From: an uncultured Actinomycetes bacterium
GTDB lineage: Bacteria; Actinomycetota; Thermoleophilia; Solirubrobacterales; Solirubrobacteraceae
DNA length: 64,000 bases
NCBI GenBank assembly: GCA_963817035.1
Contig: CAWFMM010000003.1
Coordinates: 759,910-823,909, forward strand
Reading direction: 5' to 3'
This document shows positions 27,876 to 36,933 of this stretch, one piece after another; the stretch's first letter is position 1, and each line of letters opens with the position of its first letter. Position numbers and translations under genes: made by a program. The notes under the pieces are model-generated. The model was not told where the DNA came from, ran no database searches, and saw only the letters and a program-made list of their open reading frames with translations.

Positions 27876-29072
27876 CTACGGACAGCTGCTCGGCGGGGTC
27901 TTGTGGTGAAAGCGGTCGTCGATCCAGCGGGCGACCGCGGGCGCGCTCTGGGCCCCGATCGCGTCGTGATTCACGCCCGGATAGACGACGAAGTCGATCG
28001 TGTTCAGCAGCTCGCACAGCGAGCGCACGTAGTCGGTCGTGACGCCCGGGGAGACGATCGCATCGGCTGCGCCCTGGGTGATGAGCATCGGCGTCCCGGT
28101 GCGAAACGAGGGTGCGCTGTTGCGCTTGAGCAGCCGCTTCCAGACCTTCATGCGCGTCGGGTTCTTGTGCAGGTAGGTGATCCGCAGGGCGAGCGCGTGG
28201 GGCACGACGCTCTTGGGCTGGGAGTCGTCGGCAATGCAGTAGTCGTCGATCGCCCGCACCGCAGATTGCGTCGTGATGACCTTGCCGAGGCGTTTCTTGT
28301 CGTAGATCTTCACCCACGACGACAGCGTGAACGCGGCGAGGACGTTGCCGGCGACCGTGCCCTTGGAGTGCGCGAACAGCTGCGTGAGCTTGGTCGGCGG
28401 CGCCGCGGCGGCGACGCCGACGAGCTTCAGTCGCTTGCCGTAGCGGCGCGAGAGCTGGGCGACCGACAGCGCGGCCTGGCCGCCCTGGGACTCGCCGAAC
28501 ACCGCATAGGTCGACCCGATGTGCGCGCCCGGGAGCTGGCCGGCGGCGCGGACGGCGTCGATCACCGTGCGCGCGGTGGCGCCGCCGAGCAGGAGGGGAT
28601 GCGGGCCCGGCGTGCCGAGGCCCTGGTAGTCGGGGACCACGACGGCGTCGCCCGCGTTGATGAACGCCCGCAGGCCGTCGATCTGGTGCGCGGCGGCCCC
28701 GCCGAGGACCGACGGGCCACAGCGTTGGGCGACCCCCGCGACCGGGTGCGCGAAGGCGACGATGTGGCGGCGCGCCTCGGGCGCCTTGCCACTGGGCACG
28801 ATGACCAGCCCGCTGACAACTGCGGGCTTGGCGTCGTAGCCGTGGGTGAGGTACAGAACCCGCCAGCCCTTCTCGCCGAGCGGCAGGCCATGGACCCGTT
28901 GGATGCGCAGCAGCGTGCCCGGTTTCTTGTGCGGCACCGTCGCTCCGAAGTGATAGAAGGCACCCGCGCGAACCGGTACGGGGATGGGCTTGTCGTCGCT
29001 GGCGAACAGCACAACCGCCGCCGCCGCGAGGACGATCAGGGTCACCAGTCCGACGACGAGCCAGCGGAGCAT
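27876..29072 (-). CDS. secretory-lipase-family alpha/beta hydrolase with an N-terminal membrane anchor
   Basis: 398 aa starting MLRWLVVGLVTLIVLAAAAVVLF, with nucleophile elbow FGESQGG and a PDYQGLG pattern. Confidence 0.75.
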   Translation of the reverse strand: MLRWLVVGLVTLIVLAAAAVVLFASDDKPIPVPVRAGAFYHFGATVPHKKPGTLLRIQRVHGLPLGEKGWRVLYLTHGYDAKPAVVSGLVIVPSGKAPEARRHIVAFAHPVAGVAQRCGPSVLGGAAAHQIDGLRAFINAGDAVVVPDYQGLGTPGPHPLLLGGATARTVIDAVRAAGQLPGAHIGSTYAVFGESQGGQAALSVAQLSRRYGKRLKLVGVAAAAPPTKLTQLFAHSKGTVAGNVLAAFTLSSWVKIYDKKRLGKVITTQSAVRAIDDYCIADDSQPKSVVPHALALRITYLHKNPTRMKVWKRLLKRNSAPSFRTGTPMLITQGAADAIVSPGVTTDYVRSLCELLNTIDFVVYPGVNHDAIGAQSAPAVARWIDDRFHHKTPPSSCP

Positions 29073-29136
29073 CCGCGCAAGCTATCCGCAGCGGCGGCTG
29101 CGCGCGTCGGACCATCGGTCGAGTCGTGTCGGGTGC

Positions 29137-30072
29137 TCAGAGACGCGGGCCGCGGTTGTGCTCCTGCGCGGCCTCGCGCAACCCCTCCCCGCGGCGCGGC
29201 CACAGCGTCGCGCTGACGTGGCGCCAGTAGCGCCGCGGGTCATGTCCGGGAGCGATGATCGCCACGAGCGCGCGCACGGCGTAGGTCCACGCGGTGAGCA
29301 GCCGCACGGCGAGCGCCGCGGCCGCGGAGTGGTGCTTGCGCATGTAGCGGTCGCGGTTTCGCGACAGCTCGACGATCCGGCGCTCGGGGACCGGGCCGGT
29401 CGAGAGCTGCTCGTGGTGGACGCAGCGCGCGCTCGGGACGTAGAGCGTGTGCCAGCCGACGTCGGCGAGGCGCCGGCAGAAGTCGACCTCGTCGCTGTAG
29501 ACGAAGAACGCCGGGTCGAACCAGTCGACCGCCTCGGCGGCCTCGCGGCGTACGAGCAGCGCGGCGGACTGAGCCCAGTCGACGCGTCGCGTGGCCGTGC
29601 CCCTGCTCTGGACGGTGAAGCGCCTGTGCAGGAACAGGGCGCCGGCGAGCGCGGTGAGCGGCGTCGGGAAGCGCCAGGCCGAGGGTTGCGGCGTGCCGTC
29701 CGGGCGCAGCAGCGCGGCGCCGGCGGCGGCGGCCTGCGGGTCGTGCTGGAGTGCCTCGTAGAGCGCGAGGGTCGCGCCGGGACGCAGCTCGGAGTCCTCG
29801 TTGAGCAGCAGCCCATAGCGACCCTTGGCGCGCTTGAGCAGCTCGGTGTCGTTCTCGGCCTTGCCATGGCGGCGCGGCAGGGCGATCAGCTCGTCGACCG
29901 TCTCGTGGGCTCGGGCGGCGCCGACGGAGCCGTCCTTCGAGGCGTTGTCGAGGACCAGGACCTCGGTCGTGAACGGCAGCGTCGATCGCTCGCGCGCGAT
30001 CGCGTCGAGCCCGCGCAGGAGCAGCTCGCGCTGCTGCGTGTTGACGACCAGGAACGAGAGCTCGATGTCCAC
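29137..30072 (-). CDS. glycosyltransferase family 2
   Basis: ORF 29137..30126 trimmed to GTG 30072 (VDIELSFLVVNTQQRELL). Also VLVLDNASKDGS, LLLNEDSEL and FFVYSDEVDFCRR. Confidence 0.85.
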   Translation of the reverse strand: MDIELSFLVVNTQQRELLLRGLDAIARERSTLPFTTEVLVLDNASKDGSVGAARAHETVDELIALPRRHGKAENDTELLKRAKGRYGLLLNEDSELRPGATLALYEALQHDPQAAAAGAALLRPDGTPQPSAWRFPTPLTALAGALFLHRRFTVQSRGTATRRVDWAQSAALLVRREAAEAVDWFDPAFFVYSDEVDFCRRLADVGWHTLYVPSARCVHHEQLSTGPVPERRIVELSRNRDRYMRKHHSAAAALAVRLLTAWTYAVRALVAIIAPGHDPRRYWRHVSATLWPRRGEGLREAAQEHNRGPRL

Positions 30073-30091
30073 GACGCCTATTCTCGCCGCT

Positions 30092-31204
30092 GTGCGAGTC
30101 CACCTGGTCGACCCCAGCGCGTTCACGCCGCCCTACGACCACGCGCTGGCCGGCGCGCTGGCCGCTCGCGGCGTCGAGGTCTCGCTGGTCACGAGCCGCT
30201 TTGCCTACGGCGCGACCCCGGCCGCTTCGGGCTACGCGGTGCGCGAGCGCTTCTATCGCTGGGCGCCGGGTGCGCCGGGTTCGTCGCTGCGCCGGGGCGC
30301 GAAGCTGCTCCAGCACGCGCCCGACATGCTGGCCGAGCGCCGCGCGGTGCGAGCCGGCGTCGACCTCGTCCATTTCCAGTGGCTGGACGTCCAGGTGCTC
30401 GACCGCTGGCTGTTGCCGAGCGGGCCGACCGTGCTGACCGCGCACGACGTGCTGCCGCGCGAGGGGGGCGCGGCACAGCGACGCGCGCAGGCGCGACTGT
30501 ATTCGCGCGTCGACGCGGTGGTCGTGCATACGGGACACGGCGCGCAGCGGCTGGTCGACGAGGTCGGCGTCGACCCGTCGGCGGTCAACGTGATCCCCCA
30601 TGCGGCGTTCACCGGGTTGCGCTCGGTTGAAGGCGCGCTGCCCGCCGAGCTCGCCGCGGTCGACGACGGCCGCCCCGTCGCGCTGTTCTTCGGCCTGCTG
30701 CGTCCGTACAAGGGATTGGACGTCCTGCTCGCCGCGTGGGAGGGCATCCGCGACGCGCAGCTGTGGGTCGTCGGGATGCCGAGGATGGACATCTCGGCGC
30801 TGCAGGCGGCAGCGCCCGAGGGCGTGCGGTTCGTCCCGCGCTTCGTCGGCGACGAGGAGGCGGTCGGGGTGCTGCGCCGCGCCGAGATCGTGGTGCTGCC
30901 CTACCGCGAGATCGACCAGTCGGGCGTGCTGGCCTCGGCGTTGGGGCTCGGGCGGCCGTTGGTCCTGTCCGACGTCGGCGGCTTTCCTGAGGTCGCGCGA
31001 GCGGGCGCCGCGCGGACGGTCCCGGCCGGCGACGCCAGCGCCCTGCACGACGAGCTCGCCGTGCTCCTGGGTGACGCGGGCGCTCGCCACGAGCTGTCGG
31101 CCGCCGCGACGAAGCTCGCCGACGGGGCGTGGTCGTGGGGCGCGGTGGCCCAGGCTCATGTGGAGCTGTACGAGCGGGTGCTCAGTTCCCGCAGACCGGC
31201 GTGA
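30092..31204 (+). CDS. glycosyltransferase family 4 (GT-B)
   Basis: ORF 29825..31204, with the start at in-frame GTG 30092 (VRVHLVDPSAFTPPYDHALAGALAARG). The ATG at 30065 is possible but would overlap the divergent gene start. C-terminal pattern: VLPYREIDQSGVLASALGLGRPLVLSDVGG. Confidence 0.85.
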   Translation: MRVHLVDPSAFTPPYDHALAGALAARGVEVSLVTSRFAYGATPAASGYAVRERFYRWAPGAPGSSLRRGAKLLQHAPDMLAERRAVRAGVDLVHFQWLDVQVLDRWLLPSGPTVLTAHDVLPREGGAAQRRAQARLYSRVDAVVVHTGHGAQRLVDEVGVDPSAVNVIPHAAFTGLRSVEGALPAELAAVDDGRPVALFFGLLRPYKGLDVLLAAWEGIRDAQLWVVGMPRMDISALQAAAPEGVRFVPRFVGDEEAVGVLRRAEIVVLPYREIDQSGVLASALGLGRPLVLSDVGGFPEVARAGAARTVPAGDASALHDELAVLLGDAGARHELSAAATKLADGAWSWGAVAQAHVELYERVLSSRRPA

Positions 31205-31526
31205 GCGCCGGCAGCCAGACGAAGACCGCGAGCAGCCAGAGGACGAAGATCGCCACGACGGCGAGGTGGTGCTTGGCGAAGCGGGCGTCGGGGTCCTGCA
31301 GCCACAGCACGATCAGGCCCGCCCCGGCGAGCGCGATCCCGACAGTGATCCACGCGGCGGTCGTCGGCGCGCGGCAGTCGGCGAAGAAGCCGATCGCCTG
31401 CGTCTCGCTGTGGGCCCGAAAGGCGACCGGCACCGACGCCAGCGCCCAGACCAGCGCGCCGAGCCACAGGCACGCCCGCACCGCCGATCGTCGGGGCGTC
31501 TCCCACCATGCGGGCCGCTCGGTCAT
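31182..31526 (-). CDS. small integral membrane protein, unknown function
   Basis: 114 aa with about 4 TM segments and almost pure G/C at codon position 3. It starts 9 nt after the flippase stop. Confidence 0.65.
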   Translation of the reverse strand: MTERPAWWETPRRSAVRACLWLGALVWALASVPVAFRAHSETQAIGFFADCRAPTTAAWITVGIALAGAGLIVLWLQDPDARFAKHHLAVVAIFVLWLLAVFVWLPALTPVCGN

Positions 31527-31535
31527 CGCCGCAGC

Positions 31536-33006
31536 CTATGGCGCGCCGCGCGCCGGGCGCCGCCAGCGCGCCATCTCGCGCAGCCGTTCCTTCTCGACGT
31601 CGTGCAGGAAGCCCGAGGCCAGGAGCACCACCGGGATCACCGCCAGCGCGATCGATCGCGTCACGAAGCCGACCACGCCCGTGACCGGTAGCAGCAGGTC
31701 GCCGGCCACCGAGACGCCGGCCATCACCGTCACCGCCAGCGCCAGCCGCTGCCACTCGAACGGCACGACGAACAGCCGCCGCGTCAGGAGATGGATCGCC
31801 ACGAGCATGACCACGTAGGCGCCGCACAGCGAGATGCCCGCGCCCTTGATCCCCAGCGGCCCGACGAGCGTCACCAGCAGCACCGCGTTGGCCGCCAGCC
31901 CCAGCATCGCGGCGGGGAACGTCCGCGTCGTGATCTTCGCCCGCCCCGCGATCGTCACGAAGACGAGGAACAGCCCGTACAGCGACCAGCCCAAGCGCGA
32001 CCCACGGCAGCGACGCCGCGGCGCCGTAGAACCGCGGCGCCGCCAACAGCCGGATCCCCCAGTCGCCGAGCAGGACGACGGCCGAGACGACGATCCCGGT
32101 GACCAGCACGTAGGCGGTCGTCACGAACGCGTACAGCCGCCCGGCCTCCTCGTCGTCGCCGACGGAGTACGCCAGCGGCGGCCACGCGGCCTGGAAGCCG
32201 CGCACGGCGAGGATCACGATCGTCGCCATCTTCACCGACAGCGCGTAGAGCCCGGCCGCGGCCGGCGACTCGACCCGCAACAGGTAGGCGCGGTCGAGGA
32301 CGTTCAGGGCGAAGACGGCGGCGTCGGCGGGGACGGTCGGCGCGCCGAAGCGCATCAGCGGGTCGAGCGCGCGGCGGCCGCCGGCCGGCCAGAACCCGAC
32401 GCGGCGGCGCTCGAAGACCCACAGCCCGAGCAGGACGACGGTCGACGAGCCGTAGTTGCCCAGCAGGTAGCCGCGCGCTCCCTGCCCGAGGATGACGACG
32501 AGCACGATCGTCGAGGAGACCGTCAGCACGACGTTGGTCAGCGACGCGGTCATGTACACGCGCCGGCGCTCCTCGCAGCGCAGCAGCGTGTACATCAGGT
32601 CAAGGTTGGTGAACGCCCACAGGCCGAGGACACCGAGCGAGAACAGGGTGCCGTCGTCGGTGGCGAGGATCAGCCGCGACAGCGACTCGGCAAAGACCAG
32701 GGCCAGCGCGGCGACGATCGTCGTCGTCACGAACGTGAAGCCGCTCGCCGTGCGCGCGAGGCGATCGCGGCGCTCGGCGTCGTCGTCGTCGAACCAGAAC
32801 CGCAGCAGCGCCTCGCCGATCCCGAAGCGCAGGACGATGCTCGCGAGGATGATGAACGTCAGCAGCGTCTCGGCGTAGCCGTACTGCGCCTGGGTCAGAT
32901 GGCGCGTGTAGAGCGGCAGCGTGATCAGCGCCAGCGCAGCCGACAGGAAGCTCGCCGCCTGGTAGGCCGCCGACGATGCGGCCAGGCGTTTCAGGTAGCC
33001 GAGCAC
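31536..33006 (-). pseudogene. Wzx-like polysaccharide flippase (MOP superfamily); frame broken by one extra base in the CCC/GGG run at 31990..31992
   Basis: The N-terminal 338 aa come from GTG 33006 (MLGYLKRLAASSAAYQAASFLSAALALITLPLYTRHL..AASLPWVALG). The sequence continues in ORF 31536..31994 (GWSLYGLFLVFVTIAGRAKITTRTFP..). The original frame becomes Arg/Asp-rich nonsense. Confidence 0.8.
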
Positions 33007-33067
33007 GCGTGCAGGCTAACTTGCGTCCAGAGGGGGAATGCACGACGGGTGGCGAAGGTACCCTCCG

Positions 33068-35042
33068 ATGATGCGCGCCCCGCTGCGGCTGACGTTCGCG
33101 ATGCTCGTCGCTGCGCTGTGCGTGCCGGCGGTGGCGAGCGGCGGACACGACGTTCTGCGTGCACCAGGGCACCGGAGGCTGCGGCGCCCGGACAGAATCG
33201 ACGAGGGCAACGATCTCCAGATGGCGCTCGACGCAGGCCGGGATCCTGTCCGGCGAACGCCAACACGATCCTCATCGGGCAGGGCACGTTTACTCGCCAA
33301 GTCGCCCGCGACCCAGTTCACCTGGACCGGGACCTCGCACGGCTTGACGATCACTGGCGACCGAGCATCGCGGACACGACCCTGACCGGCGTTCCCGGGT
33401 CGACCACGGTCCTGAATCTCGGCGCAAGCGCCGCCCATCCGGCGACGATCTCGAGCCTGACGATCAAGGCCGCGGACGTCACGAGCAACGGCGCCTCGCT
33501 CGCCAACACGACGGCGAGCAACCATCGCAGTCACACTGCCGGCGAACTCGACCGGCGCCGGCCTGACCCTCCAGGACTCCTCGCTGACCGACGGCACGGT
33601 CACCGCCGCAACGCCGCTCTCGAACGCCTCGCGTGCGATCCAGGCCGACGGCAGTCACCAGCCTTCGCCGCGTCACCACCACCGCGCAGCGCGGTGTCAC
33701 CTCCAGTAGCGGCACGCTGACCGCTAGCAACCTTCGCGTCTCGTCGACCGGCTTTGGGCTTGTCGCCGAATTCAACGCGGCGGTCACGGTCAACGAGGGG
33801 TTGTTCACGATGCCCACCGGTACTCCGGGCGGCAATATCGCCCTGGTGTCGCAAGGCGGCGCGACGCTGAACGCGCGCTCGCTGACGATCATCGGCACCG
33901 GAACCGGCGCGATCGGCATCGATGTCCTGGGCAGTGCGGGCACTCAGTCCCACGCCACCGTCGCGGACTCGATCTTCTCGGGCTTCACCACCGATGTCCG
34001 CCGTGAGGTCAACGGCGCGGTCACCGCGTCAGCCGATCTGACGCTCGACCACGACATCGTCAACCTCGGCGTCGACTCCGGTGTGCCAGGCATACAGCCG
34101 AGCGCCGTGACGAACGTCAACCTCAGCCCGCTGTTCGTCGACGCCTCCCACGGCGACTACCGGCCAAAGTTCAACTCGCCGGCTGTCGACAGTGGTGGTG
34201 ACTGCCCGGCGCTGTCGATCTGCGCGACGACGCCCGACATGGCCGGGCGGACGCGGCCGATCAACGGCGTCCTCGACCGCGGCGCGTTTGAGTACGCACA
34301 CCAGGCACCGACGGTCAGTGCTGTCGCGGGCGAGACGATTCGCTTCATCGGCGCGGCCTCGAGCTTCACCGCGTCGGGCGCCGACGCCGACGCCGACCCG
34401 CTGACCTACGCGTGGACGTTCGATGACGGCGGGGTCGCGACCGGCGCGGTCGTCAGCCACATGTTCACGACATTGGGCGTGCACACCGCCCATGTCACGG
34501 CGACCGACGCCACCGGCCTGACCGCAACCGCCAGCGCGACGACGAACATCACCGTCCCGCCCGTGCTGGGGCCGCCGGTCACCGCGCCCCCGCCCTCGAC
34601 ACCCGACAAGACGCCGCCGGTGCTCAGCAAGCTCGCGCTCAGCCACCCGACGTTCGCCGTCAGCTCGGCCTCGAACGCCGTGGTCGCCAAGGCCAAGGCC
34701 AAGAAGAAGAAGCCGGTCAAGGGCACGACGATCACGTTCACCCTGTCAGAGCTCGCGGGGGTCACGCTGAAGTTCGAGCTCGAGACCCCCGGCGTGATCT
34801 CCGGGGGCAAGTGCGTCGCCAGGAGCAAGGCTCACGCCCACGGGAAGAAATGCACGGTGTTCGTCCGCAAGGTCACCCTGAGCCGCCGCAACCTCCCCGC
34901 CGGCCACGTCTCGATCGCGTTCTCGGGCCGGATCGGGACCAAGCCGCTGGGCAAGGGCAAGTACCGCCTGACCGCCTCGGCGACCGACCCCGCCGGCAAC
35001 CACTCCAAGACCCCGGCCCAGGTCGAGCTCCAGATCGTCTGA
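33068..35042 (+). pseudogene. secreted right-handed beta-helix protein with PKD and Ig-like C-terminal domains; 5' 0.6 kb needs multiple frame changes
   Basis: Signal peptide MMRAPLRLTFAMLVAALCVPAVAS at 33068. An intact 469-aa ORF spans 33633..35042 (PLTYAWTFDDGGVATGAVVSHMFTTLGVHTAHVTATDATG is a PKD domain). Between 33140 and 33655 the protein-like, GC3-rich reading hops between all three frames. Confidence 0.7.
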
Positions 35043-35055
35043 TCGCGACCGGCTA

Positions 35056-35095
35056 CTTCATGTTCTGCACATGATAATCTGTGCGACACATGAAG
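35056..35095 (+). promoter_or_regulatory. imperfect palindrome overlapping an extended -10-like TGATAAT; candidate promoter/operator of the vapBC-2 operon
   Basis: CTTCATGTTCTGCACA-TGATAATC-TGTGCGACACATGAAG, with 16-nt arms and 3 mismatches. It is the most AT-rich spot locally and ends at the antitoxin start codons (35090/35096), which suggests a leaderless or very short leader mRNA. Confidence 0.45.
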
Positions 35096-35314
35096 ATGCT
35101 CCAGGTTCGCAACGTGCCCGATGACCTCCACCGTGCGCTGAAGGAGCGGGCGGCTCGTGAGGGCACCACCATGTCCGACATCGTCCTGCGCGAACTGCCG
35201 CGACTCGCGAACCGGCCATCGCCTGAACAGGTGCTGGCGCGGATCAGGCAGCGGTCGGCGGTCGGCGGCGCGCCCGCCTCGGAGCTCATCGACGAGGAAC
35301 GCAAACAGCGCTGA
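35090..35314 (+). CDS. vapB: ribbon-helix-helix (Arc/FitA-like) antitoxin
   Basis: ORF 35081..35314. ATG 35090 is preferred (MKMLQVRNVPDDLHRALKERAAREGTTMSDIVLREL). Confidence 0.8.
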   Translation: MKMLQVRNVPDDLHRALKERAAREGTTMSDIVLRELPRLANRPSPEQVLARIRQRSAVGGAPASELIDEERKQR

Positions 35315-35724
35315 TGCTCGTCGTCGACGCGAGCGCCGTCGCGGAGCTGCTGCTCGGAAGGCCCGCCGCCGAGCAGATCGAGCGCCAGTTCGAGGCACAT
35401 GACTACGCGCTTCACGCACCACATCTGCTGGACGTCGAGGTCTTGAGCGCGCTGAGGCACGTGGTAGCCGCGGGCGAGGCGTCGCCGGCCCGCGCCGACG
35501 AGGCCATTGCGGACCTGCTCGATCTCCCGGTCGAGCGCTACCCGCATGACATCTTCGTGCGCAGGATCTGGGAGATGAGAGACAACCTCTCCGCGTACGA
35601 CGCCACCTATCTGGCGCTCGCGGAGACCGTCGCCGAGCGCGGGGCGCCTCTACTGACCGCCGACGGTCGCTTCGCGCGGGCGGCCCGCGCGCACAGCTCG
35701 GTCGACGTCCTGCTCGTCCGCTGA
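35314..35724 (+). CDS. vapC: PIN-domain toxin (VapC family)
   Basis: 136 aa starting MLVVDASAVAELLLG, then SAYDATYLALAE and LLTADGRFARAA. TGATG overlap with the antitoxin stop. Confidence 0.85.
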   Translation: MLVVDASAVAELLLGRPAAEQIERQFEAHDYALHAPHLLDVEVLSALRHVVAAGEASPARADEAIADLLDLPVERYPHDIFVRRIWEMRDNLSAYDATYLALAETVAERGAPLLTADGRFARAARAHSSVDVLLVR

Positions 35725-35733
35725 CCGATGCCG

Positions 35734-35780
35734 TCGAGGGCCGAATCGACCGGAAATAGCGCGGTCGATTCGGCCCTCGA
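35734..35780 (+). terminator. perfect 19-bp stem / 9-nt loop hairpin just after vapC-2 (putative terminator or insulator)
   Basis: TCGAGGGCCGAATCGACCG-GAAATAGCG-CGGTCGATTCGGCCCTCGA. There is no clear U-tract after it. Confidence 0.5.
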
Positions 35781-35862
35781 TGAACGGTTGGCCCCGGACG
35801 CCGATCCGCGACCCCCTCGCACGCCACCCGCCGTGGAGCTTCCCACTGGCTAGGGTCTGCCC

Positions 35863-36933
35863 GTGGCCGACGACGGGATCTGCGCCCTCCTGCTCCCGCG
35901 CACGCTCGAGCGCTTCATCCTGCGCGATCAGGCGGAGGATCTGCTGCGGGCGATCGGGGTCGTCGCGGTCGAGCCGCCGCGGCTGCCCTACGGGGCGATG
36001 GGACGGATGCCGGCGTGGCTGGCCGAGACGATCGCGACGCGGCAGGGCCGGCGGTTGGCCAAGGCGCTGCCCGGCGACCCGAAGGCGATCGTCATCTTCC
36101 ACCCGCTTCAGTACCCGCTCGCCCGCGGGCTGCTGACCGCGGCCCCGGGCTGCGAGCTCTGGTACGGGCGCTGGGATCGCTACGAAGAGGCCTACGACGC
36201 CCCGCCGAAGATGCGCGAGCGCCTGGCCGAGCTGCATGAGCTCGCGGCCGCGCGCAGCACGCTGACCTTCGTCGCCTCCGACGAGCTGAAGCGCCTCGAG
36301 ACCGAAGCGGGGCGCGAGGCGACCGTCGTCGCGCTCGCCGCCGACTCGTTCCCCGCCCCCGACCCGACGGCGCCGGTGATCGCCGTCTCGCTCGGCCATC
36401 TCGGCTGGCGCACCGACTGGTCGCTGCTGCGCGCGGTCGCCGAGCAGATGGAGGAACTGACGCTGCTGCTGATCGGCGCCTGGCATGACGACGAATGCAA
36501 GGACGACCCCGACTACGCGTGGTGTCGCGCGCACCCCGGTTTCGTCTGGCTGGGCGAGCGAAGCGACGAGGAGGCCGCGCGGCTGATCCTGTGCGCCGAC
36601 GTCGGCATCGTCCCGTTCAAGCGAGAGCCGTTCAACGAGTCGGCGCTGCCCTACCGGATCCTCAAGTACGCGCTGCTCGGCCGCGCAACCGTCTCGCCCG
36701 AGCTGGCCGGCGTCCATACGTGGGATCGCGCGGTGACCACGGCGCCCGACGCGCCCGCGTTCGCCGCCGCGCTGCGCACCCACGCGGGCGCCCGCACGAA
36801 GCCCGACGCGGAGCTGCGGGCCTGGGCGTTCGCGCAGACGGCGCGCGCTCAGAACGCGCCGTTGTGGGAGCGCCTCGAGGAGATCGGCGTCGACATCAGG
36901 GCTTCCCCCGGGCGCACGCCTCGTACGCCGTGA
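35863..36933 (+). CDS. glycosyltransferase (GT-B, TuaH/GT4-like)
   Basis: 356 aa (GTG start). C-terminal half reads IGAWHDDE..VGIVPFKREPFNESALPYRILKYALLGRATVSP, which resembles the GT1/GT4 nucleotide-sugar pocket. Confidence 0.6.
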   Translation: MADDGICALLLPRTLERFILRDQAEDLLRAIGVVAVEPPRLPYGAMGRMPAWLAETIATRQGRRLAKALPGDPKAIVIFHPLQYPLARGLLTAAPGCELWYGRWDRYEEAYDAPPKMRERLAELHELAAARSTLTFVASDELKRLETEAGREATVVALAADSFPAPDPTAPVIAVSLGHLGWRTDWSLLRAVAEQMEELTLLLIGAWHDDECKDDPDYAWCRAHPGFVWLGERSDEEAARLILCADVGIVPFKREPFNESALPYRILKYALLGRATVSPELAGVHTWDRAVTTAPDAPAFAAALRTHAGARTKPDAELRAWAFAQTARAQNAPLWERLEEIGVDIRASPGRTPRTP

